Made by a program: the position numbers and the translations under genes | NCBI GenBank assembly: GCA_964016885.1 | Contig: CAXHJY010001612.1 | Location: 1 to 64,000, forward strand | DNA length: 64,000 bases | Origin: Eledone cirrhosa | Lineage: Eukaryota | Direction of reading: 5' to 3' | Shown here: positions 50,482-64,000 of the stretch, piece by piece | Layout: every line of letters starts with the position of its first letter | Position numbering within the stretch: position 1 is the stretch's first letter | Notes under the pieces: model-generated | Database searches by the model: none | What the model was told of the DNA's origin: nothing | What the model saw: the letters and a program-made list of their open reading frames with translations, nothing else

Positions 50482-50555
50482 TTTATTTATTTATTTATTT
50501 ATTTTTTTTTTTTTATTGTGCAATGGCCATACTCGATAACGAGGGGGCAGCCATC
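46062..50555 (+). mobile_element. Apparently full-length RTE-clade LINE inserted in a (TA)nTGTCTG array (5' boundary uncertain)
   Basis: 5'-UTR motif tctaggagaagg at about 46457, intact ORF, 3' end atactcgataacgagggggcagccatc followed by (TA)n. Confidence 0.85.
46763..50308 (+). CDS. RTE-clade LINE protein: APE endonuclease + reverse transcriptase + three C-terminal C2H2 zinc fingers
   Basis: CWNVRTL, ALSETR, GDFNARVG, TDHRLV; NYRGISLL, FVDLTKAFD, GVKQG, LLYADD, YLGS; CxxC..H..H three times. Confidence 0.95.
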   Translation: MMFQNNVNEIVANLGSGTKKIIGNKGRGPKLSQPGPARHRAIVIEPNRAFSLGCWNVRTLLDRDSLERPERRTALVAKELRRYDLDIVALSETRLAGDGHLTEFCGEYTFFWKGRDEGTRREAGVGFAVKTVLVNKLEEFPVGISERLMSMRVPLDKGRYATLVSVYAPTMNSVDEEKLSFYHALKGVLRNIPQADKVIVLGDFNARVGRDFNTWNVIGRHGVGKCNSNGMLLLQMCEELDQCVTSTMFQQKNKFKTTWMHPASKEWHLLDYVLVRMRDRQDVRCVRVLRGAECWTDHRLVRAKVNLITKRKIRAPGVTLPKRLNAARLKDKNVKRTLEEEMQAADLGEDWPTLKKSVYDVGRRVLGLVQRKHQDWFNEKDVHIDDLLADKRRALSRYLTARPQERNTLHEELRDVKSRVRRSLSQMKDQWWSEKAGEIQTASDCNNTKLLYSLLREVYGPSSSLVTPIRSKDGKELLRDSQGILRRWREHFDDLLNQPSVVSEDFLNLIPESPVKVALAEPPTLVEVAVAISKLNSGRSPGMDGIHAELLQYGGERLLQHLHSLFGRIWANESVPEDWRDAVMVVLYKGKGNRNDCGNYRGISLLSVVGKVLCRVLLDRLLTHIADCVLPESQSGFRVGRGTTDMIFSARQLQEKCIEQGLDLYQVFVDLTKAFDTVNRDALWKVLQKLGCPDKFLALVRSFHDDMKAWVNVGGNMSEPISVKNGVKQGDIPAPTLFAIYFAMVFCIAFRNCEHGVYIRYRTSGSIFNIRRFAAKTKVFTSVIRDLLYADDCDLVAHTESDMQHILNVFSDACTALGLTVSLKKTVVMYQPAPGRQYTEPNIYVYGKRLGVVDQFVYLGSTVNRYGNLDSEISLRIRKASDAFGKLERRLWGRRDICRRTKVRVYRACVLSCLLYACETWVTYRRHLKQLERFHQMCLRRIHGVRWRDHISDVEILESSMCDSIEALVLKQRLRWSGHLARMKDSRIPKQLFYGELVKGKRPPHKPKKRYKDSLKASLKDANISADTWENIAADRNKWRKTVYEGKVAFEASRIAHEKVKRDVRKGIAVALPDGEGPPMFLTCSVCARLCLSKAGLESHLRSHKVRPVVDYQAAVGDATHHACQTCGRECKSAGGLKRHAKVHELQPQPTIPSKCFGCRLCARHFGSLAGLKSHIRSQHC

Positions 50556-50607
50556 ATATATATATATATGTCTGTATATATATATATATATATATATGTC
50601 TGTATAT

Positions 50608-50644
<37 letters not shown>

Positions 50645-50674
50645 GTCTGTATAATATATATATATATATATATG

Positions 50675-50710
<36 letters not shown>

Positions 50711-50736
50711 TGTATATATATATATATATATATATG

Positions 50737-50922
<186 letters not shown>

Positions 50923-50938
50923 AATATATATATGTCTG

Positions 50939-50974
<36 letters not shown>

Positions 50975-50976
50975 GG

Positions 50977-51059
<83 letters not shown>

Positions 51060-51600
51060 GTATGTATATATATTGTTATATTTGGGGAGGGTCATATTTG
51101 CGTAATATTGCCAGAATTAATAACAGAACACACTCACTGTTTGGTTGGTTTTCGCTTCTCGCTGTCTTTTATATATATATATCTGCGATCTAACTTACTC
51201 GGTCCTCAATGTTGCCATTGACTGACCGGCGGTCAAAAATAATACAGATACAATATAGACAAACACATATATATATAGTTTACATAATTTACATAAATCT
51301 TTCGTTGCACATCTGCAACATCGTCAGTGGTATTATATTCATTGTTCCTCCTGTTGTGTTGTATGTCTACGCCATTTTTTTTTGTTCAGTCTGTCTATAT
51401 ATTTATTTATTTATTTGCTTGTTTGTTTATCTTATTTTATTTTGTCTTCTTTGCGCATGCGTTTGCGTGTGTGTATAGTGTTATGTGTGATGTGTGACTA
51501 GTGTGTATAGTGTTGTGTCTGCTGGGTGACTAGTGTGTGTTTATGTGCTTGTGTATGTATTTATTTATCTTATTTTATTTAATTTAATTTACTTATTTAT

Positions 51601-54600
51601 TTATACTTCTCTTAGGTCAGTGTTGTTTGTTTGGGTGTTGTTGTTGTTCCACTCATTCTTTCTGTTTATCCCAGGTCTTCTAATTTCTATTTCACTGGCC
51701 TCTCTGATTTGCCTATCTGCTGGGTCATTCCTATGTTTAGATATTATTCTAATTTCTATGTTGTCTATGTTACCGTCATGTTGTTGTCTAGCATGTTCGT
51801 ATAGTACTGACCCGTTTTTTCGTCCTTTTAGTTCCCCCCAGTGTTGGTCTATCCTTTCACCTATGCTACGAGCTGTCTCACCTATGTATGTTGTTGTCGT
51901 GTTTCTGCAAGTACCCTCTGTACATCTTATGCTATAGACTACGTTTCTAGTTTTACAGTTTACCCGGGGGTTCACCTTACATATGATACATTTCCTATTG
52001 GTACAGTGGGTTTTCTTAAAAGGGTAGGTTTTGCTGATCAGGGATTTTATGGTGGTTCCTGGCTTTTCTACCACCTTTATTTTTAAGTGGGTCTTTCTCA
52101 GGGCCTTTCTACACTGGTTAGCTAATTTCCCTCCAGGGGTGGCGTCCACAAACATGACACTCTGATATCTCTGGTTGTCGTACCATGATGTGGCCTTCCC
52201 TATCTTATGTCTAGCCCTATCTAAGCTATTCCATGATTTGCTCCTGTATAGTGGGCAAATTCCTTTCATGTCCAGTTCTATGAGGGTCTTATACTTTTCC
52301 ATGGCTCCTTCGTATACTCTGACTCTGTCTCTTTGGTTGTAGCCAGAGAACTGCATGCGGTTGATGAAGTGTTGGATGTGTCCTTCCATTTCTGTTGGGT
52401 CGCACATGCTGGACACATTCTTCATCACTCGTACCAAATCTGCGATCAGAATATTAAACTTAGCACTACCGGACATTGCTGAGTTTTTGAGTATCAGGTA
52501 TTTGGAGGCCATGGGTTTAGCATAGTGTGAGTGGAGAATTTGGGCTCTCTCGTCTATAGTGTTAATCCAGAGTTCTGTGTCTAATACAGGTAGTCTATTG
52601 TTAGGGTGTTTGGAAGGGAAGTCTATAGTTACAGTTATACTCTGGTGTATGGAATTAGCTATCTGCTGGATGCTTTCCATCGTGCTACGTTCTAAATCAA
52701 ACTTGTTAGTGCTCTCTAGTGGGGGTGTTCTTATAACTATATTGATATCGTCTACATAACGAGAGTACATGATGAGGTCTATGGAGCTTTCATTAAGGAG
52801 ATCTTTAAGTCTCCTTTCCCACCATACCATGAAAAGGTTGGCAACATCACCAGCTATGCTGACGCCGATGGCTGCTCCCTCATTTTGGGTGTAGATTTTC
52901 TCATTGAACTTAAATATGTGGCCCTTTAGGGTAGTTTTGATACTAGCCCCTATTGCATGTGCGACTATTTTTCTTACCTGATCAGTGTTTTGGGGGGTCC
53001 GTATAGCTTTGGTCCACCCAATCCACCTTCCTATGGGAGTCTTTTTAGCCATTGAGGTTATGGTGGGGGGTCTACCTCTTATAGGTCTACTAGGGCAGAA
53101 ACATCTAAGGTCATGGCTGTCTAGGTAGTCAGTGTCGTAGGTAAGTCTAAGTAGGAGGCCCAGTTCGTCTGTGTCGACGTCGCAGAACTCCACCTCACTC
53201 TCAATGATCATCTCCACACATCTTTTCACAGCAAAATCAATGTTAATGGATGGGTACAGTGACACCACATCCATGCTGCCTATTATGCAGTTGGATAGGC
53301 TCCTGTTTTTGTTGCACTCACTGATTCTGCTGAGGAGGTCCTCTGTACTTTCACATACATCTGGGGACATCTTGATTATGGGGCGTATAACCATTGAGAG
53401 GAAGTAGGAGATCCTGTAGTTGCTAGCTATATTAGCTCCGCATACGGGTCTTGTTCGTGGTCCTGTTGTCGGGTCGTCGACTGTCTTGTGGTCTTTGCGG
53501 AGCCCATACAAGGGTGGTATGCCATTGTTAGACGCCTGGAAGTTGTTGGCAGTGCGTCTGCTTGGCTTTAGGATGTCAGTCCACATCATCATGTGAGCGT
53601 TGAGGATTTTTTCTCTCCCATCGTGTGTTAGTTGTGCAACTTCGCTCGTGTTGGTGATGTGGGGTTGCATTGCCTCGATGTAGTTCGGCATGCTATCTAT
53701 TGACATCCTACCAGACTTATCTGTGGGTAGACACACTACCTCACCATCCCTTGTGCGCTGCTTGAGGCTAACCAAGCCTTCTACAGGTTTTATCCCAAGT
53801 TGTTGGGCCTCTGGTCTGCTCTGTCTCATAGTGTACCTGTCTACTACTTGTCTAATCTTATTTCTAGCTATGGTGAACTGTGCCTCCGTCTCGTCATCTA
53901 TTTGCTGTGGTATGCAAACTCTTTTATTAAAGGGCAACCTCGTAGGATAGATATTACCCATCTTATATGTTTTGTCAGCTGGGTTGAAAATTAGTTTCTC
54001 TAAGGGGTTGTCGTTATTTCTATCGTCATAGTTGTGTGTGTTGCTATTATTGTTATCATGGTGGTTGTTGTTGTTTCTATCATTAGCATTAATATTATTA
54101 TTGTTATGATTGCTAGATGTATTGTTGTTTACTTCACCGTTATTGTTGTTGTTGTTACTGCTATTTCTACCATTGTGGTTGTTACTATTATTATGTTTCT
54201 TGTTTTTGTTGATGTTGCTACATGTACTATTTCCATTATTACCACTGTGGTTATTGTTGTTGTTGTTGTTCGTATTGTTACCGTTATTACTACTGTGGTC
54301 ACTGTTGCTGTGTCTGTGGTTAACGTTTCTATTATTATTATTATTGTAGTTGTTGTTGTTCTGTCTATCGCTAGTATTATTACCATTATCACTATTTCTC
54401 ACTTTCCTGTCATTGTTATGGTTATGGCTGTTATTTCTATACCCAGAGTTATTGTTTATGTTACTACTACCGTTATTATTGTTGTTGTTGTTTACCTTTG
54501 CATTCCAACGTATTTTTGTGAAACACTTTTCCAGCTCCGTTTTGCATTCCATAGGGTTAATCTTTTTGTAGATGGCAAATTTTGGTGGTAACTTTAGGAT

Positions 54601-54633
54601 TTGTTGTTCTTGTTCACTGATTAAAGTGTTCCC
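51601..54633 (-). CDS. PLE polyprotein: Asn-rich insert, reverse transcriptase, Cys linker, GIY-YIG endonuclease; frame open to the truncation point at 54633
   Basis: ISEQEQQILKLPPKF upstream of the annotated Met, PTDKSG, LYGLRKDHK, SMDVVSLYPSI, GAAIG, RYVDD, LPVLD, CTNRKCIIC, VVY..YIGET..ER..H. Confidence 0.9.
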   Translation of the reverse strand, partial: GNTLISEQEQQILKLPPKFAIYKKINPMECKTELEKCFTKIRWNAKVNNNNNNNGSSNINNNSGYRNNSHNHNNDRKVRNSDNGNNTSDRQNNNNYNNNNNRNVNHRHSNSDHSSNNGNNTNNNNNNNHSGNNGNSTCSNINKNKKHNNSNNHNGRNSSNNNNNNGEVNNNTSSNHNNNNINANDRNNNNHHDNNNSNTHNYDDRNNDNPLEKLIFNPADKTYKMGNIYPTRLPFNKRVCIPQQIDDETEAQFTIARNKIRQVVDRYTMRQSRPEAQQLGIKPVEGLVSLKQRTRDGEVVCLPTDKSGRMSIDSMPNYIEAMQPHITNTSEVAQLTHDGREKILNAHMMMWTDILKPSRRTANNFQASNNGIPPLYGLRKDHKTVDDPTTGPRTRPVCGANIASNYRISYFLSMVIRPIIKMSPDVCESTEDLLSRISECNKNRSLSNCIIGSMDVVSLYPSINIDFAVKRCVEMIIESEVEFCDVDTDELGLLLRLTYDTDYLDSHDLRCFCPSRPIRGRPPTITSMAKKTPIGRWIGWTKAIRTPQNTDQVRKIVAHAIGASIKTTLKGHIFKFNEKIYTQNEGAAIGVSIAGDVANLFMVWWERRLKDLLNESSIDLIMYSRYVDDINIVIRTPPLESTNKFDLERSTMESIQQIANSIHQSITVTIDFPSKHPNNRLPVLDTELWINTIDERAQILHSHYAKPMASKYLILKNSAMSGSAKFNILIADLVRVMKNVSSMCDPTEMEGHIQHFINRMQFSGYNQRDRVRVYEGAMEKYKTLIELDMKGICPLYRSKSWNSLDRARHKIGKATSWYDNQRYQSVMFVDATPGGKLANQCRKALRKTHLKIKVVEKPGTTIKSLISKTYPFKKTHCTNRKCIICKVNPRVNCKTRNVVYSIRCTEGTCRNTTTTYIGETARSIGERIDQHWGELKGRKNGSVLYEHARQQHDGNIDNIEIRIISKHRNDPADRQIREASEIEIRRPGINRKNEWNNNNTQTNNTDLREV

Positions 54634-54792
54634 ACATCACACATAACACTATACACACACGCAAACGCATGCGCAAAGAAGACAAAATAAAATAAGATAA
54701 ACAAACAAGCAAATAAATAAATAAATATATAGACAGACTGAACAAAAAAAAATGGCGTAGACATACAACACAACAGGAGGAACAATGAATAT

Positions 54793-54866
54793 AACACCAC
54801 TGACGATGTTGCAGATGTGCAACGAAAGATTTATGTAAATTATGTAAACTATATATATATGTGTTT
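54793..54866 (+). ncRNA. Hammerhead-like core in PLE pLTR, helix I poorly formed (minus copies near 23510, 31960, 51275)
   Basis: CTGACGA-tgttgca gatg tgcaac-GAAA present, but helix I/III partners are ambiguous. Confidence 0.45.
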
Positions 54867-55134
54867 GTCTATATTGTATCTGTATTATTTTTGACCGCCG
54901 GTCAGTCAATGGCAACATTGAGGACCGAGTAAGTTAGATCGCAGATATATATATATAAAAGACAGCGAGAAGCGAAAACCAACCAAACAGTGAGTGTGTT
55001 CTGTTATTAATTCTGGCAATATTACGCAAATATGACCCGCCCTAAATATAACAATATCTGTTTCGACACACGATTTCATATAAAAAACCTCGCAAAACTA
55101 ATTCATCGCCGCTATGTATATATATATATGTATG

Positions 55135-55167
<33 letters not shown>

Positions 55168-55172
55168 GTATG

Positions 55173-55271
<99 letters not shown>

Positions 55272-55407
55272 GTATGTATATATATATATATGTATATATA
55301 TGTATGTATATTATATATATGTATATATATATATATGTATATATATATGTATGTATATATGTATATATATATATGTATGTATATAAATATGTATGTATAT
55401 GTATATA

Positions 55408-55490
<83 letters not shown>

Positions 55491-56059
55491 GCACATATAA
55501 AAGTTCCTATGAGCTTTACTATACAAATATCCCAGATATAGTAAAATCTACCAGATATAAAAAGCACCAAGCAACATGGATGCAATGTTGGTTGTGTTCC
55601 AAGATATTTGACAATTGAATGCTATTTGATAGGCTATGAGAATTCTGTGAGAATGTGTCATTCAATTTTCTCGTCTTCCAAAGGGCCAATTGCAGAAAAA
55701 GATTCGTATTATATATCATAATAAATGCTGTTTTCTTTGGCAATATCGTGTTGTATAGTGTATTTGTGAGAGGTGGCTGACTGCTGTCAATGGAAATATT
55801 CGGTATCTATTTGAGATATGACTCCAGAAAATATCTATAAGTAGATATATGTTATATATTATAGGGTATTTTTGTATATTGTATTATAGTATTATGCGCG
55901 TTGTATAATCTATTATCTGCGTATATATATATGTTTATATACATATATATATATATATAGATATACACATATATATGCATATATACATATATATATATAT
56001 GTTTATATACATATATATAGAGAGATATACACATATATATGTATATATACATATATATA

Positions 56060-56104
<45 letters not shown>

Positions 56105-56139
56105 GTTTATATACATATATATATGAAGATATACACATG

Positions 56140-56222
<83 letters not shown>

Positions 56223-56507
56223 GTTGTGTATCTATATCTATATATGTATATATACACATATGTATGTGTGTATCTGTGTATTTACGTCTGTGTACATATC
56301 AATAAGACGTAGTTATACATCTATATTCATATGTATTGCACCTACTTACAACACATGCATATATACATACATATAGACGTACACACAGCCACACAAATAC
56401 CGACACTCACACGCACACACACATATATATAGTATGTAACATGTGTGTGTGTAAGAATGAAGAAGTGAATAAGGTGGAGTAGACGAAAGGGAATATATGT
56501 GTGAATT

Positions 56508-56550
<43 letters not shown>

Positions 56551-56580
56551 ATATATATATATATATATAATATATATATA

Positions 56581-56645
<65 letters not shown>

Positions 56646-56647
56646 AT

Positions 56648-56696
<49 letters not shown>

Positions 56697-56742
56697 ATAT
56701 ATATATATATATATATGTGTAATATATATATATATATATATA

Positions 56743-56834
<92 letters not shown>

Positions 56835-56861
56835 CATATACAAATTCACACATATATTCCC

Positions 56862-56995
56862 GAGATTCCTGATGATTTCTAATGAATGAAACAGTTCTAG
56901 TCCTGTAGAATCTCATCTATATTAAAACTTTTATACTTTGCTATGTATTGAGTACCTTACTTACTGTGGTTACCTCCGATTCAACCCGGAATAAC

Positions 56996-56996
<1 letters not shown>
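56862..56996 (+). ncRNA. Second copy of the 45745-45879 HHR mini-element (HHR 56862-56914)
   Basis: Near-identical to 45745-45879. Confidence 0.75.
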
Positions 56997-57035
<39 letters not shown>

Positions 57036-57321
57036 ATATATATATATATATATATGTGTATATACATATATATATATATACGTGTATATTATATTATATA
57101 TATATATGTGTATATACATATATATATATATATACGTGTATATATATATATATATATGTGTATATACATATATATATATATATACGTGTATATATATATA
57201 TTTATATATATGTGTATATACATATATATAGTATATATACGTGTATATATATATATTTATATATATGTGTATATACATATATATATATATACGTGTATAT
57301 ATATATATTTATATATGTGTA

Positions 57322-57376
<55 letters not shown>

Positions 57377-57482
57377 GTATGTATATATATATATATATGT
57401 GTATATATATATATATATATATGTGTATATACATATATTATATATACGTGTATATATATATATTTATATATGTGTATATATG

Positions 57483-57632
<150 letters not shown>

Positions 57633-58047
57633 TAATATATATGCGTGTATGTGTGTGTAAGTGCAGGGAAGAACAGTTTGAAAACCCATGACAGACAAAA
57701 TTCCCTCACATCTGTAATCCCATATATATGTAGTTATATCCATATACATACATGCATATATATATACATATATACATAGATATACACGTACATATATACA
57801 CATATACATAGTATGTATACATATACATATGTATATATATACTATGGGAAATATCAGCTAGATATCGAAAAATGCCATTTAAATCTATACACATACACAC
57901 ACTTTCACACACATATATACACATCCACACACATTAACACAAGCACCGTATCAGATATACAGAGTACCCTATGCGCGCACACATACACACACACACACAT
58001 ATATGTATATATGTATGTATGCATTTATATATATATATACAGACATC

Positions 58048-58090
<43 letters not shown>

Positions 58091-58314
58091 ATATACATAC
58101 ATATACATACATACATACATACATATACTTACATGCATATACATATATATATATACATACATATAGATGCATACATACATACATATACATACATGTATAT
58201 ACATATATATATATATATACATATACATACATACATACATATACATACATGTATATACATACATATATATATATATATATATACATATACATACATACAT
58301 ATACATACATGTAT

Positions 58315-58357
<43 letters not shown>

Positions 58358-58374
58358 TACATGTATATACATTC

Positions 58375-58409
<35 letters not shown>

Positions 58410-58765
58410 TACATGTATATACATTCATATATATATATATATATATACATATGTATATATATATATATATCTATGTATACATATATATATATATACACAC
58501 GCACGCATATACACACACATACACACACACACACACATGGGGAAAATGAAAGAAAAACTTGCTGACTGGTGTCTCCTCACAAAATTCTTTAAACAAAAAC
58601 TAATAAGAAAAACAACAGAATATATGGAAACCAAAACAACCAAAAATATGAAACAAACGGACAAAGAAAAAAAAAATTTGATACAGATTTGTTAGAATCC
58701 GTTCTCTATCTGTTGCATACAATGTCTGGGTTAGTGGTAGGCTAGGATATTGATATATCGAACGG

Positions 58766-59075
58766 GTTACGTGTAAGTGAAAGACGGAGGAGAGGATAAG
58801 AGAAAGAGGAAGGCAGAGGGAGAGGGTGAGAGAGACAGGGGCCAGAGGGAGAGGGTGAGAGACAGGGGCCAGAGGGAGAGGGTGAGAGACAGGGGCCAGA
58901 GAGAGAGGGTGTGAGAGACGGACGAGTTACGTGTGAGTGAAAGACGGAGGAGAGGATAAGAGAAAGAGGGAGGCAGAGGGAGAGGGTGAGACAGGGGCCA
59001 GAGGGAGAGGGTGTGAGAGACGGTCCAGAAGGAGAGGGTGTGAAAGATAGCGGTAGAGGGAGAGGCTGTGAGCGT
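58766..59075. repeat. GA-rich duplication (about 160-bp period) with about 26-bp subrepeats
   Basis: gttacgtg..gtgaaagacggaggagaggataag at about 58766 and 58926. Confidence 0.7.
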
Positions 59076-59161
59076 TAGAGATAGAGAGAAGGACGCAGGG
59101 CGAGAGAGAGATAGAGATAGAGAGAGAGAGTGAGTGAAAGACAGAATGAGGGAGAGAGGGG

Positions 59162-59281
<120 letters not shown>

Positions 59282-59525
59282 TGTGTGTGTGTGTGTGTGT
59301 GATAGAGTAACTGTCAGTGTATTGAAGTAGGTATTGTGAGAGAGACAGTGATAGGGTTGAGGGTACTCAGGGAAAGATGGCATAGGTTAAACGAAGGGTT
59401 AATACACACATAAACACACGCGCGCACACACACATATATATATATATATACACATGATTTCGGATCTTGCTTTTGGAACGGCTGGAGCCTCAACCGTCGG
59501 GATCCCGAATTTTTCACGCACGCAC

Positions 59526-59594
<69 letters not shown>

Positions 59595-59883
59595 TATATA
59601 TTTATAGGTACATAAACACACACAAATATATACATATATATAAATATATGTAAATATATTTATCAATAGCTGTTTTCTATTATATTTTTCATAACAGCCT
59701 TAGTAGCTACAAATCTGTCTGAAGAAGACGTGCTGGAAATTGCGTGCTAGCAGTGTTACCTAATTACTATTGTCAGAAAAATACGTATTACAACGGATTA
59801 CGATATAAAATGAATTATGTATGTCTAGCCTTCATTTTTATCATTTTTGCACGTATATTCCGTCACATTGGAAATGGAAAGAC

Positions 59884-61269
59884 ACACCACCACCACCACT
59901 AGCTCCTGCTTGAACAGCACCGCATGCCACAACCACCACTACCTCCTGCTCCTCCAACAGCACCACAACCACCACAACTACTACTACCTCCTGCTCCACC
60001 ACCAGCACCACAACCACCACTACCTCCTTCTCCACCACTAGCACCACAACCACAACTACCACCTGCTCCTCCAACAACACCACAACCACCACTACCTCCT
60101 GCTCCACCACCAGCACCACAACCACCACAACCACCACTACCTCCTGCTCCACCACCAGCACCACAACCACCACAACCACCACTACCTCCTGCTCCACCAA
60201 CAGCACCACAACCGCCACAACCACCACAACCACCACAACCACCACTACCTCCTGCTCCTCCACCAGCACCACAACCACCACAACCACCACAACTCCTGCT
60301 CCACCACAAGCACCACAACCACCACAACCACCACTACCTCCTGCTCCTCCTACAGCACCACAGCCACCACAACCACCACTACCTCCTGCTCCTCCAACAA
60401 CACCACAGCCACCACAACCACCACTACCTCCTGCTCCTCCACCAGCACCACAACCACCACTACCTCCTGCTCCACCACCAGCACCACAACCACCACAACC
60501 ACCACTACCTCCTACTCCACCACCAGCACCACAACCACCACAACCACCACTACCTCCTGCTCCACCACCAGCACCACAACCACCACAACCACCACTACCT
60601 CCTGCTCCTCCAACAACACCACAGCCACCACAACCACCACTACCTCCTGCTCCTCCACCAGCACCACAACCACCACTACCTCCTGCTCCACCACCAGCAC
60701 CACAACCACCACAACCACCACTACCTCCTGCTCCACCACCAGCACCACAACCACCACAACCACCACTACCTCCTGCTCCATCACCAGCACCACAGCCACC
60801 ACAACCACCACTACCTCCTGCTCCACCAGCACCACAGCCACCACAACCACCACTACCTCCTGCTCCTCCAACAGCACCACAGCCACCACAACCACCACTA
60901 CCTCCTGCTCCTCCAACAGCACCACAGCCACCGCAACCACCACTACATCGTGCTCCACCACCAGCACCACAACCACCCCTACCTCCTGCTCCAACAGCAC
61001 CACAGCCTCCACAACCGCCACTACCTCCTGCGCCACCACCAGCACCACAACCACCACTACTACCCTGCTCCAACAGCACCACAACCACCACAACCACCAC
61101 TACCTTATGCGCCACCACTACACAACCACTCTGACACAAAGTCTAGTATAGGAAAGGCACAACCAATCCCAACCTTCATTTCTGCTGAGATAATATCTCC
61201 ACCACCACCACAACAACAACAACCACTATCTGCATTATCAGCACAACCTCAACCACCATAAACACCATC

Positions 61270-61300
<31 letters not shown>

Positions 61301-61560
61301 CGAACACAACCACTACACCACTGCAACCAACACCAAGAGCAACACCACCACAACAATAACAACTACTAACACCACCACACCTAATGCCTCCGCCAACATT
61401 ACCGCCACAATCACCACCACCACCACCACTAGAACAATCACCAATACGTCAAGCACAAACAAATATTAACACCATCACCATCACCATGAAAACTACCACC
61501 ACCGCTACCACCACCATCTCCAAAAGTAGCACCACCACCACCACCACCACCAACAATAAC
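59884..61560. repeat. (CCA)-derived minisatellite (30-48-bp units); reads as PPAPPPAPQPPQPPL on plus or GGSGGCGGCGAGGGA on minus
   Basis: Direct reading. Frameshifts near 60293 and 61060. Confidence 0.8.
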
Positions 61561-61669
61561 AATACATCTCTTAATTTAATATTTTATGTCTTGTCAAAAC
61601 AAGAAACAGTTCATTTACCAAACATGTTCGTGATCGGAATTATTACATTATTTAGTAAGTACTTGCATA

Positions 61670-61736
61670 TATATGTATATATATTTATATGTATATATAT
61701 ATATACACATATATATATACACACATATATACACAC

Positions 61737-61785
<49 letters not shown>

Positions 61786-61804
61786 TATATATATATATAT
61801 ACAC

Positions 61805-61849
<45 letters not shown>

Positions 61850-61890
61850 CATATATGTATATATATATATATCCACACATATATACACAC

Positions 61891-61928
<38 letters not shown>

Positions 61929-61952
61929 GTATATATATATATATATATACAC

Positions 61953-62006
<54 letters not shown>

Positions 62007-62436
62007 GTATATATATATATATACACATATGTATATATATATATATACACAAATGTATATATATATACACACATGTATATATATATATATATATACATGT
62101 ATATATATATACATATATGTATATATATTATATATACATATATATATATACACATATGTATATATATATATATACACATGTATATATATATATACACATG
62201 TATATATATATATACACATGTATATATATACATATATATAACATATGTATATATATATATACATATATATACACATATGTTTATATATATATACATATAT
62301 ATACACATGTATATATATATACATATATATACACATATGTATATATATATATACATATATATACACATATGTATATATATATATATATATATACATATAT
62401 ATACACATATGTATATATATATACTTATATATACAC

Positions 62437-62482
<46 letters not shown>

Positions 62483-62609
62483 ATATAGGAACAAGTAAGA
62501 CCCCGACGGCTGAGCTCAAGCCGTTTCGATGACTAATTCTGGTTCCTTACCATATTTCCTTCGTTATATACATATATATACACATATGTATATATATATA
62601 TATATACAC

Positions 62610-62647
<38 letters not shown>

Positions 62648-62727
62648 GTATATATATATATATATACACATGTATATATATATATATATATATACAGATG
62701 TATATATATATATATATATATATACAC

Positions 62728-62759
<32 letters not shown>

Positions 62760-63113
62760 ATATATATATATATATACACACATGTATATATATATATATA
62801 TATACACATGTATATATATATATATATACGTATATATACACATATGTATATATATATATACATATGTATATATATATATATATACATATGTATATATATA
62901 TATATATATATACACATATATATATATATATATACATATATATACACATATGTATATATATATATACATATATACACATATGTATATATATATACATATA
63001 TATACACATATGTATATATATATATATACACATATGTATATATATATATACATATATACACATATGTATATATATATACATATATATACACATATGTATA
63101 TATATATATATAC

Positions 63114-63153
<40 letters not shown>

Positions 63154-63306
63154 GTATATATATATATATATATATACACATATGTATATATATGTATATA
63201 TATATATATATATACACATATGTATATATATATATATATACACATATGTATATATATATATATACATATACACATATGTATATATATATATATATATACA
63301 CATATG

Positions 63307-63342
<36 letters not shown>

Positions 63343-63407
63343 TATGTATATATATATATATATATATATACATATACACATATGTATATATATACATATA
63401 TATACAC

Positions 63408-63447
<40 letters not shown>

Positions 63448-63577
63448 GTATATATATATATATATACACATATGTATATATATATATATACACAGATGTA
63501 TATATATATATATATATACGTATATATACACATATGTATATATATATATACATATGTATATATATATATATATATAC

Positions 63578-63632
<55 letters not shown>

Positions 63633-63968
63633 CACATATGTATATATATATATATATATATACACATATGTATATATATATATATACACATATACACATA
63701 TGTATATATATATATATACACATGTATATATATATATATACACATATGTATATATATATGTACACATGTATATATATATATATACATATGTATATATATA
63801 TATATATATACACATGTATATATATATATATACATATGTATATATATATATATATACATATGTATATATATATATACACACACATGCATATATATATATA
63901 CACACATGCATATATATATATATATATACATGCTTATGTATATATATATACAAACACATATATATATA
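61670..63968. repeat. (TA)n array with CACATATG/CACATG interruptions
   Basis: Direct reading. Confidence 0.95.
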
Positions 63969-64000
63969 AGTTGGAATAGGATGAAACGAAATTTCATTTC

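Larger units (their letters stand above)
51070..55111 (-). mobile_element. Penelope-like retroelement (Nematis/Neptune-like), 5'-truncated, with inverted pLTR arm 54633-55111
   Basis: 51070-51494 is inverted against 54633-55056. Encloses the RT-EN ORF. Confidence 0.9.

Noticed and set aside
60293-61060. Poly-His/Leu ORF segment (HHNHHYLLL) and poly-Val on minus
   Set aside because: Alternative frames of the CCA minisatellite.

Overview
Eukaryotic, gene-poor, extremely AT-rich DNA. Roughly half is long imperfect (TA)n arrays. The SINE families and microsatellite load suggest a cephalopod such as octopus (inference). Almost every non-microsatellite island is a retroelement inserted into (TA)n. 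These include one apparently intact RTE-clade LINE (1181-aa APE-RT-3xC2H2 ORF) with a non-autonomous partner family, and a long 5'-truncated Penelope-like element (PLE; RT + GIY-YIG). There are also several GIY-YIG pseudogene fragments of a second PLE type (Hydra-like), tRNA-derived SINEs and many short non-coding elements. Manual folding shows about 30 type-I hammerhead ribozyme (HHR) motifs from about 12-14 unrelated families, several with non-canonical cores (UUGANAA, CAGAAGA, CAGUUGA, GCAA). At least 14 islands are head-to-head inverted structures, most with one arm carrying the full 3' tail and the other stopping at a fixed internal TA-like site. Some non-coding HHR elements are partial tandems (535/569-nt and about 180-nt monomers), i.e. 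retrozyme-like. No host gene is supported, and the many Ile/Tyr ORFs are microsatellite artefacts. All coordinates and folds were read by eye and may be off by a few nt.
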